Notes: generated by a model from the sequence alone, not told the origin. 63,848 nucleotides of DNA, filler included, from Calcarisporiella thermophila CBS 279.70 (GCF_041956535.1; 8 parts of 8 records of this genome joined end to end with filler, not necessarily neighbours in it), one strand, 5' to 3'; positions 39,106-52,014 are shown, numbered from the whole stretch's first letter. Numbers and translations: made by a program.

Positions 39106-39176
39106 TGCATGGTCCGGGAATCGAACCCGGGTCTGCCGCGTGGCAGGCGGCAATTATACCACTAAACCAACCATGC
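39106..39176 (-). tRNA. tRNA-Gly(GCC)
   Basis: GCATGGT/ACCATGC acceptor stem, CTGCCAC anticodon loop, GGTTCGATTCC. Confidence 0.95.
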
Positions 39177-39186
39177 GAACATACAC

Positions 39187-39609
39187 TGTTACGGGAATAT
39201 CGGTATTTCGTACAGACAGTCATAACTGCGCCACTACAAGCCAAAAAAAACTTCTTTTCTTCTTAAATTTTATGCACAATTAGTTTTTGTTACCTTTATA
39301 ACCTTTCGGCAAATTACTAGCGCTTTGAAAATTTTATTCAAGTTTGTTCTGTTTTGTTAAACTAGTTGTTTAACCAGTTTGTCTATTCAGTTCGTTTAAC
39401 CAGTTTGTTTAATCGGTTCGTTCTATTTAGTTTAATTTTGTTATATAAGAAGAGATTCAAACGTGAGTGAACGGGGAGGCGGATTAGTTTTTTTATATTG
39501 AGTAATAGTCTTGAAATTTATTGTCTTATTTTTTTCTTTTTTAAGAAAATCTTTCATTTGTTTTCTTTACGTACAAATATTCACGATAAACCCCAAAACC
39601 CACGTAACA
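39187..39609. mobile_element. Solo LTR (family A), 10 nt upstream of tRNA-Gly
   Basis: Perfect TGTTACG...CGTAACA inverted termini, flanked by ACAC/ATAC. Confidence 0.85.
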
Positions 39610-39613
39610 ATAC

Positions 39614-40953
39614 TTTCGTGTGCTCAAGATAGTTTAAGGAGCTATTTGAAAAGAGATTGAAAATATAAAGAAACTAATAATACCCCACGGAAAGGCTAAA
39701 AAGAGCGTGCGAACGTCGCTATAACGATTTTTCCTTAGAATGGGAACACGGATACCTTATCCTGCCCCCCAACCTAGTAGAGAAAATCACGAACTGTTCT
39801 GCCATACCCCGACAACACCCGCCTCCTCGTTTCCCACTCCACCTTTGTCACCTGGCTGGCGCGCCCGTCTCGGAATACTCCACTCGACAGGGAAGGCACT
39901 TCCAGCGAAATGGCTCTCCGGAACCAGAAACACTGACGCCCCAATCCTGGCCAGAGGTTGCATCCACGGCAAAGGAATGGGAAAAGGTCTGGACCTCCAT
40001 TCAAAAACGGCCAACATTCCCAAAACACAGCACACTACGCTGGCGAATCCTCGTAGAGCGTGTAATTACAAACTCGACATTCCCTGGTCATGACCCGAAA
40101 TGTACCCGCTGTAACGCCCCGAGGGACACCATCCGCCACACCTTCTTCGAATGTCCCGAACTCACATCAGTGTGGCATTGGACGGAAAGGTGTATCAACA
40201 CCATTTCAGGCCCCCTAAACACTCAGGTGCTGAGCCCCAGGAACCTCGTACTTGGCGACCTACCAGAAGCCCCGAGGACAGTAAGACACGCGGCTCAAAT
40301 CGTCTTCGATTCGGTGCTATGGCAAATCCATCGGGACCGAATCGCCTACCATTTCGAATGCACTCGAGCATCACCCGAGACAATCATACTCCGTGCCAAA
40401 ATGGACATCGAGGAGGCTATCGGAGGTGAACTGATAAAGGCACGTAAAAGACGAGAGATAGAGTTATTCCGAAGAAGGTGGTGCACTCAGGGAGCGGTAA
40501 TAGAAAGTTCGGATAGAGCAAGACTAAAACTGGAGTGACGAAGCAACCCTTCCTCTCTCCCAATCCGCTCTTTCCCTCCTCCTTACTTCATACCTTTCAC
40601 CAAATACCCGATCACTATATACATCTAATTTACCCTTTATTCCCCCCTTTCTTATTTCATTGTAATCATTAAACTCTTGTAAGCTACGGAAACTAATAAA
40701 AGTCTCCGTTGATTTATCAAAAAAAAAGAAACTAATAATACTCTTGTTACTTCTCTTGTCCTTACAACACTTAAGATCTAAAGACTATTTATACACTTAA
40801 ATTACGTAAAGTAAGTCACAGAAAATATAATCCGAAGGCTGAACCAAAGTCTCGCTACGGAATATTAAATAGTAACAAACTATTGTCCGTGAAACCGCTA
40901 CTATTCGCCTATTTATCCTAGCTTACAGCATATCCCTTCTCTAGCACACGACA
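39614..40953. mobile_element. Solo LTR (family B) interrupted by a LINE
   Basis: TTTCGTGTGCT...AGCACACGACA termini (one mismatch), with ATAC on both sides. Confidence 0.8.
39684..40727 (+). mobile_element. 5'-truncated L1/Tx1-like LINE (zf-RVT, C-terminus, 3' UTR, poly(A))
   Basis: WEKVW..FPKHSTLRWRI..CTRCNAPRDTIRHTFFEC..LWQIHRDR. TSD GAAACTAATAATAC at 39670-39683 and 40728-40741. Confidence 0.92.
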
Positions 40954-40957
40954 ATAC

Positions 40958-41023
40958 TGTTACGAGATAATTTGTTTTTGTACGGGGAAGCCACAGAGGC
41001 AGTCACATAGACATTCAGGAAGC
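40958..41023 (+). mobile_element. Family C LTR 5' end (runs into gap)
   Basis: Matches 3226-3291. Confidence 0.85.
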
Positions 41024-41495
41024 NNNNNNNNNNNNNNNNNNNNNNNNNNNNNNNNNNNNNNNNNNNNTTAATTAATTAANNNNNNNNNNNNNNNNNNNNN
41101 NNNNNNNNNNNNNNNNNNNNNNNTTGAATTCTATTCTTTAAGAATAAGGATATCTAACAGTCCTCAAAAACTGTTACACATTTTTACCCTATGAACCACA
41201 CTCCTATTATCGCCTGACCTTCTTGCTCAATTTGGAATATAGGATAACATATTGTCGTTATATAGCCTCATCGATTTGGACTCTCTCCGGGAATACAAGT
41301 TTGAGTCATCATTCCCAATAATGTTGGTGCGAGCTCAGGCGACTTTATCCGACAAAGTTCATAAATGCGATGTTGCATTCCGTTCGTATCCGATCCAGAA
41401 TGAATATAAGGAACGTGAATACAGATACTTGGATACTTTGGTACCAACTTTCATCCATAAGAGCGAAGTACATCAAATCCCAGCTTTCACTTAAC

Positions 41496-41952
41496 ATGTT
41501 CCTCTCACAACCCTGGCGAGTCGGCCTCACTGGCCTCGGAATCACCCTCAATGCCTTTACAGTCATTGTGCATACTAAATATGGGTTTGATACTGCGCTT
41601 CCACAATTAGCTTCGCACAAGAAGCCCCTCTACAACATAATTGGCGTCTGTTTCATTCATCTTATGCTCCTCCCCGTCATGTCAAGTAAGTGACAACCTG
41701 TTAAATGCACTGTCAGTTACTGCAGTGGACAAATCAGATTGATACCAGTTCCATACTAATCACATGGTACCAGGTATCCTTCAGCTGAAGTGGCTGCAAT
41801 TCGGCCTTGATTCGCCCTATGACAGGCCTTTGCTCGCTTGCTATGTCCTTGGGCATTTTGCATTTGGCTGTTGGTATTATGCATTGGGCGCCAGGGCACC
41901 TTTGCTTTCCACTGTAGTGTCTCCATTAACAACACTACTCTGTCTGTTGTGA
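41496..41952 (+). CDS. Small hydrophobic integral membrane protein, 2 exons
   Basis: Two hydrophobic ORFs joined by a GTAAG...CAG intron (~41686-41773), with several predicted TM stretches. Confidence 0.55.
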
Positions 41953-42201
41953 GGAGAGCAAAATGACGGCTTGTTCGTTGTTATTAAAGGTCTGTAAAAG
42001 ATGGAATTTGTGCCTGATAAGTGACACGAGATTGTGTTTATGGAAACAGTTCATTAAGGTTGATTTCAGATGGTCGAAGCATTTGGGCGCAGTGTGACAT
42101 TTCAAAGTTTCATTAAAAAAAATATGTATTACATTAATATATACGGTTCTGTGATTTTAACGATTTATTTTATGGGTGAAGAGTATGGAAATTATAGATA
42201 A

Positions 42202-42476
42202 TGTTGGAACTGATTAAGAGTATATTAATAAAAGGAAAGAAGACAGATAGAAGGGATAACACAAATAACACACACTACTTGATTAAAAAGAGAGAAAGCA
42301 CATACTATATATATATCTGATGGGATAGGGTAGGATATAAAAAGAAATAAAGATGGTGAGACGCATGCTCGTACATGTAAGGCGCGTGCTCGTACAAGTG
42401 TGCTATTAACTGACGTAACACATATAATATCTGGAATATATTCGGACTACCAGTCACGCCTGATCGTTCTCCAACA
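42202..42476. mobile_element. Solo LTR with a 5-bp TSD, not next to a tRNA gene
   Basis: TGTTGGA...TCCAACA termini, with GATAA on both flanks. Confidence 0.85.
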
Positions 42477-45400
42477 GATAAATTGCAGAAAAATTACAGA
42501 AGTTATTTGGAAATTATAAGGAAACTGATATGTTCACCAAGATTTCCACATTGTTCCCTTAAATTTTACCTATACGCACTTATAGGGCACTTGTTGTATA
42601 GTACGACTCGCAGTATTCCTTTTTTATGTGACGTTTAATTTTACTCTTCATTGTAATGAATTAATATCACGTATTTTTCATATTTTAACTGAACATAATT
42701 GGAAGGTTTATTGCCCTAGATAGATGATTTTAGTTTGTAAGATTTCGCCAACTTACATTGACCTTTTAATGCCAACTCCCAGTAAGAAGTCGGGGGGTAA
42801 GGGATTAACTCGGAAACACATGCAGGAAAATGACGTAAAACTAACATACAGAAAGTGAGCAATTCCCTATATTGATTATCACATATATAGAAGATAATGG
42901 TGCTCAATTACACCATGATTATAATGATATCATGCCAAAAATATATAGAATTATTTATTCAATTAATATTTAAAATACTTTTTAATGCTGCATTAGCATT
43001 TACAAATCATGGAATTAGGTTCATAGAAAAAAATGTCCGAAATACTTTTTATTCAAAAAAATTGGCCACGTACGGTATCTTAAATTTTTTTTCCAAAATA
43101 TTTTCGCAGTAGAGTGGCTTATAACTTTCGTGAATTCAGAGATTGAACGTCATCATAAATATTTCTCATATTAGAGTTATATTATAGAGTTATAAGATGA
43201 GATTGTTAATATATTTCGAGGACAGACTTCAATGATAAAGGGCAATTGAAAGTTGGATTGCCTTAATAATCAATGAACCCCATTACATGCTGTTGCTTTT
43301 CAATCCGTATTAAGTAAGTAAAAGTTAAATAATAATAATGTAGGCAAAATTGGAGCGACAGTGTTCGAGACTCTATCGACAGCTTCACCAGAAATCTCCA
43401 GGGTAATAGATTTGTTTGTAGGATGTTGCTTCGAGAGTTATGGTCCAGCTTGTAATCTTTGTTAGAGGAACTCCTTCCAATTATAAATGGAGCTTGAAAG
43501 AACCATGGCTAAGTTTTCTCACCAGAGCTTGCCGTGGATTCATCTCGTCAATTCTTTCATCGACAGTACTTCGGCAAAAAAGTTGGGAGTATTAAGACAC
43601 GGAGGCAACGCTTTGAAATATATTTTGACGATCCAAGATTATTTCAGGAAGGAGCCTAAAGTTGGAACCTGATTATCGTGTGTATTATTTTAGCCCTATA
43701 CCGCGTAAGGCAATCCAATTCATCAGAAAATTGGGGCATCACTTTCAGCACGTTATACTGATACCAACATCCATTATCTCTAAGTTTTGGACATTATGTA
43801 CTTTAGAAAAGGATCAAATTTGTTTTGTGAATAACAGGGCATGCAGCAGATAATACTCCAACGATAATCGAATCCGGAGCCTGCGAACGAGAGAGGAGTA
43901 TTTTTAATATAGCCTTCAACTGTTTCATAGTCTGCCTACAAATGTTGTTAACCTAGCCAATTCCACAGAGTGCTGAAGGCCCTAACATATTGGTGGAAAT
44001 ATACTATATTTCCATTCTACTTGTTCCACTGGGCTCGGGCAACTTTAGTGAAAATACACTTGACTGCAATACGATGGACTGAACTGTTCCAAGTACTCAC
44101 AGTTTTAAATAAGAATAATAACTTATAGTTATACGGTACAGTGTTTATTGATTTTCTCTGCTAATTAGTGGATTTGAAACTAATTCATCGTCAACATGGT
44201 TGCAATCTTTACGGAATATGAAATCCTAGAGTAAATAATACTACTGTATTTTTATAAATTATACCAGAAATCAAATTCCTCAATCATAGTGAAAATAGGA
44301 ATTCTTATCACTACAATAATAATTGAAATACGAAAATAATAACGAAATATAATACAGTGGTTTGCAGCTTATGTTTCCAGAGTTTGCAAACCCAATATAT
44401 GCAAAGCTAGAGAATTAGGTTGGGGGGGGGGGGTCTGAGTTCTTTTTATTGAGATCTAAGGTAAAGAAGAGTGATATTCTACAAGGTAATATCGTGATTT
44501 ACCTACTAATTAAATAGAGAAATTGAAGAGAAAAAAGAGGTAGATTTCTTCATTAGATTCAAATTAATTTCAATACTTGTGTATTAAAGTGATGGTACAT
44601 ACGGACTAATTTTGCGATTGAATAGTAATATTAATATACAGATAATTGTGATGGAATGCTAAATAGCAGTATAGTCTTTCATTTACTACCTGGCTCGTAT
44701 CTTTTCACCTTCATTATTAGGAATGATGCCAGCTGTTGCAAACTGCTGGATTGCGTAAATGACGATTATTTTGACAACCTGCATTTTTATTACAATTTGG
44801 AAGAAATTTTGTTATTAAAAGTTAAACGAAAGATTGGTTGTACATCAACTGAAAAAAAAAATAGAAATTTCAAAAGTTGTGTTGTGAACTACTATGTCAA
44901 AGGAATGAAATCATAACGTTTAGAATTTGTCCCCCAATTGAGATAGATAAATGTATTGTAGACACGTGACCAAAGTATATATTTTGGAAGTTAAAAGGAG
45001 AAATATAAAAAACAGACAATATGAATGACAACAAGCTTTTAGAGGAAAAAGCAATGCGCCAATGTCGTGAAACAACCGCTCCGTATGAATCCCGGAATTC
45101 TACTAAAACCTAGGATAATCTCCGATCCGCCTTCAGATCTTGAATAAAATGTGAAACATATACAATTTCTACGCCTATTCAATTTAGATGTATAAATTAT
45201 ATAAATCGAATATAAAATCAGGGAAAATTAATATATAATTCAGGAAGATGAAATAGGTAAACATTTATAAGCAAAAAATCCACGAAAAAAAGCGATTAGA
45301 AACAAACCATCAGCATAATCACGAAGAGCATAGATAGGGGACCAATATACATCATCATGAGCAAGAGCAGCACAAAAGCGTCGTTTCACGAAAGGACCAT

Positions 45401-46009
45401 GTCACAAGCAAACATACAATATCATGAAACACTCATACTGCACGAAGCCTGACGCGCTGCTAAACATCGGAGAAACAACTGTTAACAAGTGCAGTTAGCA
45501 AACAAAAAGCGAACTTTTATGCATTCTAGATCTGGCAATCTGACAAATATTTAGCAAAACGACAAAATAGCGTTTTCTATGCCCGAGTTTAGCACGAAAT
45601 TGATATCATAGCGGGTAGAGAAAGGGGAGTGTTTGGCGTGCGCATGAGAGGCTCTCACCAACACACTTACTCTCTGAAACAGATTCAATTACGTATTTTC
45701 GGTACTCTTGAAAGGCCTCCTTATTCATGGAAAGTTGATGAGACAACTAGCCCTGATCAATATGATTGACTAGCAGAGTTATAGTGACTTCATAAGCACA
45801 CTCTTGGTGGAAAAATTCTAGTCAATTTGTTGAGAAGAGCCTTTGGAATTCGCAGCGGATTTCTCGGATTATTCCTTTCCGAAATTTATTTGGACGTTCC
45901 GTTCTTCTGGCAAGTGTGATATATAAGATAACATTGTAAACGGGAACGAAAGTAAAAAAAAAGAGATAAGAATACTATAAATACAAATATTCAATTTATC
46001 ATATTTCAT

Positions 46010-47731
46010 ATGTGGGTCAACTCCTACGTTTTCGTATTTTTTACTTCTGCATTGATCGTAAAGGGTCAATGTAAATGCCGATGTCTACCGAATGATAGCT
46101 GTTGGCCTGATTTAAATGCATGGAATGAATTCAACGTCTCAGTCGGAGGGCAGCTTTTGGTACCCACACCACCTGCGTCCCCTTGCCACGATCCTACTTT
46201 TAACGAAACTGCATGCGACATCGCGAAGCAAAAGAGAATAAATCCATTTTGGCGAAGTGATCAAGCTGGTGCAATGCAAAACACGAATTGGGAAATGAAC
46301 GGAAATGAAAGATGCACGGTGAGTGAAGATAGGACTGCACCCTGTCTTCCTGGTGCAATTCCGGCGTATGCTGTTAAAGCCATCGGAGTATCGGATATTC
46401 AGAAAACGGTAGAGTTTGCTGCCAAGCATAATCTGCGCCTTGTTGTCAAAAATACGGGCCATGACTACCTCGGCAGAAGTACCGCACCGGGATCGCTTAG
46501 CATTTGGACTCATTTTCTTAAGAACTACACTTTCCACGATTCTTTCATTCCCGAAGGCTGCGACTCAAGCGCGAATGTTCCAGCGGTTACAGTGGAGGCA
46601 GGAACTCAATGGGATGAAATCTATGATGCTGCCGAAAAAAATAATTTGACGGTTGTTGGTGGAAATTCTCTTACAGTTGGTGCAGCCGGAGGATATGTTC
46701 AAGGGGGTGGACATAGTGCACATTCGCCAAAGTATGGACTGAGCGTAGACAACATTATTCAATTTACAGTAGTCACAGCCGATGGGAAGCTACGAGTGGT
46801 CAATGCATGCCAGAATAGGGAGCTCTTTTGGGCACTCCGTGGGGGAGGTGGAGGAACTTATGGAGCTGTGGTTACCGTAACGCACAAGACCTATAAAGCA
46901 CCGGATAATGTTTCAGGGTTTTACTTCTCTGCCAACACCACTGACACTGAAAACTTTAAGGAGTTACTAAAAGAATTTCTCCGAATTAATCCTTCGCTTG
47001 CTGAGACTGGCTGGGGTGGTTATTTCTACATAAGCGATAACTCACTTCTAGTTACATACTTGTATCCTGATACGAACTCATCACTGGCCAATGAAACGGT
47101 TGCACCTCTGTTGAACTATGCAAATAATCGTACCGGAATATCTAGCATGGGGATAATGACTAATCACGCATCTTTCTATGCATGGCATCGCAGTATTTCA
47201 TGCGCAGCTTTCAAAGATATTTGCACTGATCCCGTTGGCAAGAATGTATTACTTGGTTCGAGGTTGATTCCCAAGGAGTACTTCGAGAATGAAGATAAAA
47301 TGAAGCTATTTATCGACACACTTATAACCCTTTCAAAAGAGAGGGGCCTTCTTGGTCATTTAGTGGCAGGTGGTGCTGTAATTCGGAACAATGGCAGTGA
47401 AACTTCAGTAAACCCTGCTTGGAGGAAAGCTATTTGGCATATTGTCCTTACAAACGATTTGGCTGATAATGCGACCATTGAGCAGCAAAAGGCAGTTGCA
47501 GAAGATATAACGCGGTCCACTCAATTGCTCAGAGATATCACACCTGACTCGGGTTGTTATCTGAACGAAGCGGATGTGAACGAACCCAACTGGCAACAAG
47601 CCTTCTTTGGGGAAAATTATTCTCGCCTCAAAACAATCAAGGATGAAATAGATCCTGATGGGTTATTTGTGTGTAAGAATTGCGTGGGAAGTGAAGAATG
47701 GTCGCCTGACTTAAATTGCTCTAAGAATTGA
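46010..47731 (+). CDS. Secreted FAD-linked oxidoreductase, berberine-bridge-enzyme-like; intronless
   Basis: Signal-peptide-like N-terminus, CRCLP..CWP, NTGHDYLGRS (covalent FAD His), GGGHS, ALRGGGGGTYG, BBE tail YLNEAD..FFGENY..K..DP. Confidence 0.92.
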   Translation: MWVNSYVFVFFTSALIVKGQCKCRCLPNDSCWPDLNAWNEFNVSVGGQLLVPTPPASPCHDPTFNETACDIAKQKRINPFWRSDQAGAMQNTNWEMNGNERCTVSEDRTAPCLPGAIPAYAVKAIGVSDIQKTVEFAAKHNLRLVVKNTGHDYLGRSTAPGSLSIWTHFLKNYTFHDSFIPEGCDSSANVPAVTVEAGTQWDEIYDAAEKNNLTVVGGNSLTVGAAGGYVQGGGHSAHSPKYGLSVDNIIQFTVVTADGKLRVVNACQNRELFWALRGGGGGTYGAVVTVTHKTYKAPDNVSGFYFSANTTDTENFKELLKEFLRINPSLAETGWGGYFYISDNSLLVTYLYPDTNSSLANETVAPLLNYANNRTGISSMGIMTNHASFYAWHRSISCAAFKDICTDPVGKNVLLGSRLIPKEYFENEDKMKLFIDTLITLSKERGLLGHLVAGGAVIRNNGSETSVNPAWRKAIWHIVLTNDLADNATIEQQKAVAEDITRSTQLLRDITPDSGCYLNEADVNEPNWQQAFFGENYSRLKTIKDEIDPDGLFVCKNCVGSEEWSPDLNCSKN

Positions 47732-48719
47732 AAGCTCGACATTAGGATAGTATTTTTTGCAAATTCTCAAGTATTTACTAAAGCAATATAAGTAATAAGT
47801 GAACTAATGTCTTTTACTGATCTCTGGAATTATGTATCATTAGATATAAATTTTAGTTTGCTAATTGTTAAATTAATAGTTATTTTTGCAAATCTAAGTT
47901 TTTAACTTGGAGTAAGAATCGAAACCTTTATGTTACCTTATTAACTTCTATAGTTTATATGGGATCCCAAGTTAATTTTCACAACTCAAAATAGGCTATA
48001 TTAACTAGATGCCAGCTAAATAAGTCGTAATATCATTCTAACATTAAGTTGTATTTAGTCAAATAAGGTTTATCCCAGGGATTCTTTAACTATCCTTTAG
48101 CTCTCTATTGCTCTTTTCCACACATTTCAGAATATTCACAATGTTAGAATGTGGATTTGTAATCGGATATTCACTAAAGCACTTAACCATTATAGTTTTA
48201 GACATACACTCTATATACTAAAGATGATGTATCGCAATTATTATTAGAGGCAAGGCTAAATAAACAAATAGAATAAGATAAGAGATAACTCTAATTCACA
48301 AAATATACCAATAAAACCACCAAAATGTACATCAAGCTAATAATATATTATTAAAGTAAGCCACTAAAACTAAGCCTTCCCCCCTTACCATTCCATTAGC
48401 TCATATTGCGCCAACTTTCCTCAAAACAACTTCCAGTAATTAATAATCTAACTCATGTAACTCCATGCCTCAAATGATACTCAGCAATGGTTTTCTTGGT
48501 CAACAATATTAATAGGTTTCTTGCCGCAAACCACGACATCCCCTTAATTTCCCGAAATATGACATAATATTAGCTTATCCTTTTGATTCCTAAACATCCC
48601 GAAAAGTAAAAGCGTAAATTGATTTAGCATAGATCGAGCTAAATTGAATGTATAAATATGATGTTTCAACAACATATTTATCTGCTAACTGACATACTCA
48701 GCTTGAATACTAACAAACA

Positions 48720-49710
48720 ATGGAGTACATTGATGAATCAAAGTAGGTGCTCTGCGTGCATTGGCACTTTGCCTCGAAAACTTGTTAATATTCTGTAAAT
48801 TTAGGCTAGAAAGCGATCTTCAGTACCGATTCGCTTATGTATCGAAATTCGTTGGATTCGGTGAGAAGGATATAAAGATGATAAAAAATGCAGCCACGTT
48901 TTTGGAACCGCTAGTTCCAGTGATTGTAGACAAGGTGTATGAAAAGCTTTTTTCTTTCGATGTTACTAAAGTAAGCTCAGAAATCTACCTGAAAGATTAG
49001 TGTGCTCCTTGCTAAATATATTGCTTTAGAAAGTGTTTCTGATACGCAACGAAGGCTTTGCCGGGGACCTCCCAGACACTTTGGAGCATCTGACGCTAGA
49101 GAGCGATCAGATTCAATTTCGCAAGAACTTCCTCGAGAAGTAAGTCAAGTATTAGAGCGGATTTAGCCGATTCATCTATGAATTCTTATTGCATCCCATA
49201 GGTACTTGAAGAAGTTGGTCACTGGAAACTATAACGAGAATTTCATCAAATATCTTGGTGAGTAGTCGAAAGCCATTTAGTATCAAAAATCCATTATGAT
49301 GTATAATTTTGTTTATTACAGATTGGGTGGGAAAAATTCATGTTGATACTCCCGATAAAAAGTCTAGGATAAACGTGAATTACATTCACGTCAATGCCCT
49401 CTTCGGCTTTGTCCATGCCAGCTTGGAGGATATTATTCTATCCTCGACAAAGAGTCGAAACCCTGGCTCCATAGACGCTCTGGACGATGAAATCGCACAT
49501 AAAACGGTGTGCGCATTCTCAAAACTACTTTGGATCCAAAATGACCTATTTGCAAAATATTACTGCACGCCGATATATCGCTCTAAATCTCGATGGGCCT
49601 CCATCCTACAAACATTAACGAGCGAGGTAAGGTATATGCCTGTTCTCTCCCTCATTTCGGTTGCAATTGCGGGTTTCATAATAGAAACTAAACTATATAA
49701 ATCCTCATAA
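48720..49710 (+). CDS. Protoglobin/sensor-type single-domain globin, 5 exons
   Basis: RFAYVSKFVGF..LVPVIVDKVYEKLF..RKNFL..YL..DWVGKIH..NYIHVNAL..KLLWIQNDLF, with GT-AG introns. Confidence 0.8.
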
Positions 49711-52014
49711 AGTATTGGAGATAATTTCTAGATTAATTGTATATTTAATATTTAAAATGGGATTAACTCACGTATTATCCCATGTTGATTCGAACTCTAG
49801 TTTTATAAATCGTGATGATAATAAAAGAACACTGAATTCTAGAATAGGCATACCCCTGAACAATGCGATTAAACAGACAATAAAAGATCGGAATGCTCCA
49901 CTAAACCTCGGAACTCCAATACTCTTCTAGCAACTTTGAAATGCTTTCTCTTCTCAATGAATTGGCCCTTTCAGCTATCATTCTATCAGTTGGTAGTGTT
50001 ACAAAAGGAAAACTAAAATCACATTTCATCCAGAACGGTTTGTCAAGAGTTTGAGGTGCATTAAGTACAATATAAGAAATTGGAGAGGTAGCATTAATTC
50101 AATAGCTAAATAGAGTTGATTTTCCGGAAAGCGCTCCATGATATATTGGTAACATTTTCCTTACAGATGGTTCTCATGAGGTCACGGTAAGGCTAGGTAT
50201 CCATAGGAAATTTAAGAAATTGCGAGCTTAAGCTCTTTAATTTCAAAAAACCTTGGTGCACAATGGGATGAAAACTCAGAGCTTGAGGCATCAAGCTATG
50301 AGTGCAGCATTTAAAGCGCTCAAATGACATTCTTGTTAAATAGTGCTGTAAATATGCTCAATAAAGATATCTGAAAAGGTGCAGACAATGTGTTCAATTG
50401 TATTTGTGGACTTTGGCTGGAATCGCGTCAGGTCTAATTTTTACTAGCAACTGCATAGATAAGTAGTGGTTGGAAGAAACCTAATTGGATGAGCATGAGA
50501 GTCATGGCAAGACGCCCTTTCTAATTTTCAACCATTACAGTTGTTATCGGTCCATTAATACCCAATAATCTCGAATCAAGGGCTATTTTAAGGGCGAGGT
50601 ATTGCCAAGGAAATATTAATGAAGTATCTGTAGTTTCTAGCATTGACAAAGAACTTTTGGACTTCTCTTGTTTATCTTGATACTCGTCATTCGCTATTAG
50701 CGCATGTAATTTCTAATATTTTTCACACTAGAGTAGGAGTAAGCAAGGGTTTATGGATGTAATAAAATGAAATATCAAGAGGCTTAGTATAAACAATCGA
50801 ACTGTGACGGGGGTTTTTAGTTGGAGAGAAAGATTTAACTCCTTGTGATTTATTACAATTTCAAATATACGTATATAATATATACAGGTTGTGCAATAAT
50901 TGTTGATGTGCTAAGCCACATTTTCATTATGATTTAATAATTTAATAACTACCCTAGAAGAATGATGGGAAAGGTTATTGTAAAAATATTTGGCATCTGC
51001 GCTATTTTTAGGAATACATGCAAGCCATGTGTAAAGAGGAGNNNNNNNNNNNNNNNNNNNNNNNNNNNNNNNNNNNNNNNNNNNNNNNNNNNNNNNNNNN
51101 NNNNNNNNNNNNNNNNNNNNNNNNNNNNNNNNNNNNNNNNNNNNNNNNNNNNNNNNNNNNNNNNNNNNNNNNNNNNNNNNNNNNNNNNNNNNNNNNNNNN
51201 NNNNNNNNNNNNNNNNNNNNNNNNNNNNNNNNNNNNNNNNNNNNNNNNNNNNNNNNNNNNNNNNNNNNNNNNNNNNNNNNNNNNNNNNNNNNNNNNNNNN
51301 NNNNNNNNNNNNNNNNNNNNNNNNNNNNNNNNNNNNNNNNNNNNNNNNNNNNNNNNNNNNNNNNNNNNNNNNNNNNNNNNNNNNNNNNNNNNNNNNNNNN
51401 NNNNNNNNNNNNNNNNNNNNNNNNNNNNNNNNNNNNNNNNNNNNNNNNNNNNNNNNNNNNNNNNNNNNNNNNNNNNNNNNNNNNNNNNNNNNNNNNNNNN
51501 NNNNNNNNNNNNNNNNNNNNNNNNNNNNNNNNNNNNNNNNNNNNNNNNNNNNNNNNNNNNNNNNNNNNNNNNNNNNNNNNNNNNNNNNNNNNNNNNNNNN
51601 NNNNNNNNNNNNNNNNNNNNNNNNNNNNNNNNNNNNNNNNNNNNNNNNNNNNNNNNNNNNNNNNNNNNNNNNNNNNNNNNNNNNNNNNNNNNNNNNNNNN
51701 NNNNNNNNNNNNNNNNNNNNNNNNNNNNNNNNNNNNNNNNNNNNNNNNNNNNNNNNNNNNNNNNNNNNNNNNNNNNNNNNNNNNNNNNNNNNNNNNNNNN
51801 NNNNNNNNNNNNNNNNNNNNNNNNNNNNNNNNNNNNNNNNNNNNNNNNNNNNNNNNNNNNNNNNNNNNNNNNNNNNNNNNNNNNNNNNNNNNNNNNNNNN
51901 NNNNNNNNNNNNNNNNNNNNNNNNNNNNNNNNNNNNNNNNNNNNNNNNNNNNNNNNNNNNNNNNNNNNNNNNNNNNNNNNNNNNNNNNNNNNNNNNNNNN
52001 NNNNNNNNNNNNNN

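Noticed and set aside
43200-44150. Possible decayed F-box/LRR-like gene on the minus strand
   Set aside because: Only faint fragments with many stops, so it cannot be supported.
5104-47599. Numerous short ORFs antisense to or overlapping annotated genes
   Set aside because: Shadow ORFs without independent motifs.
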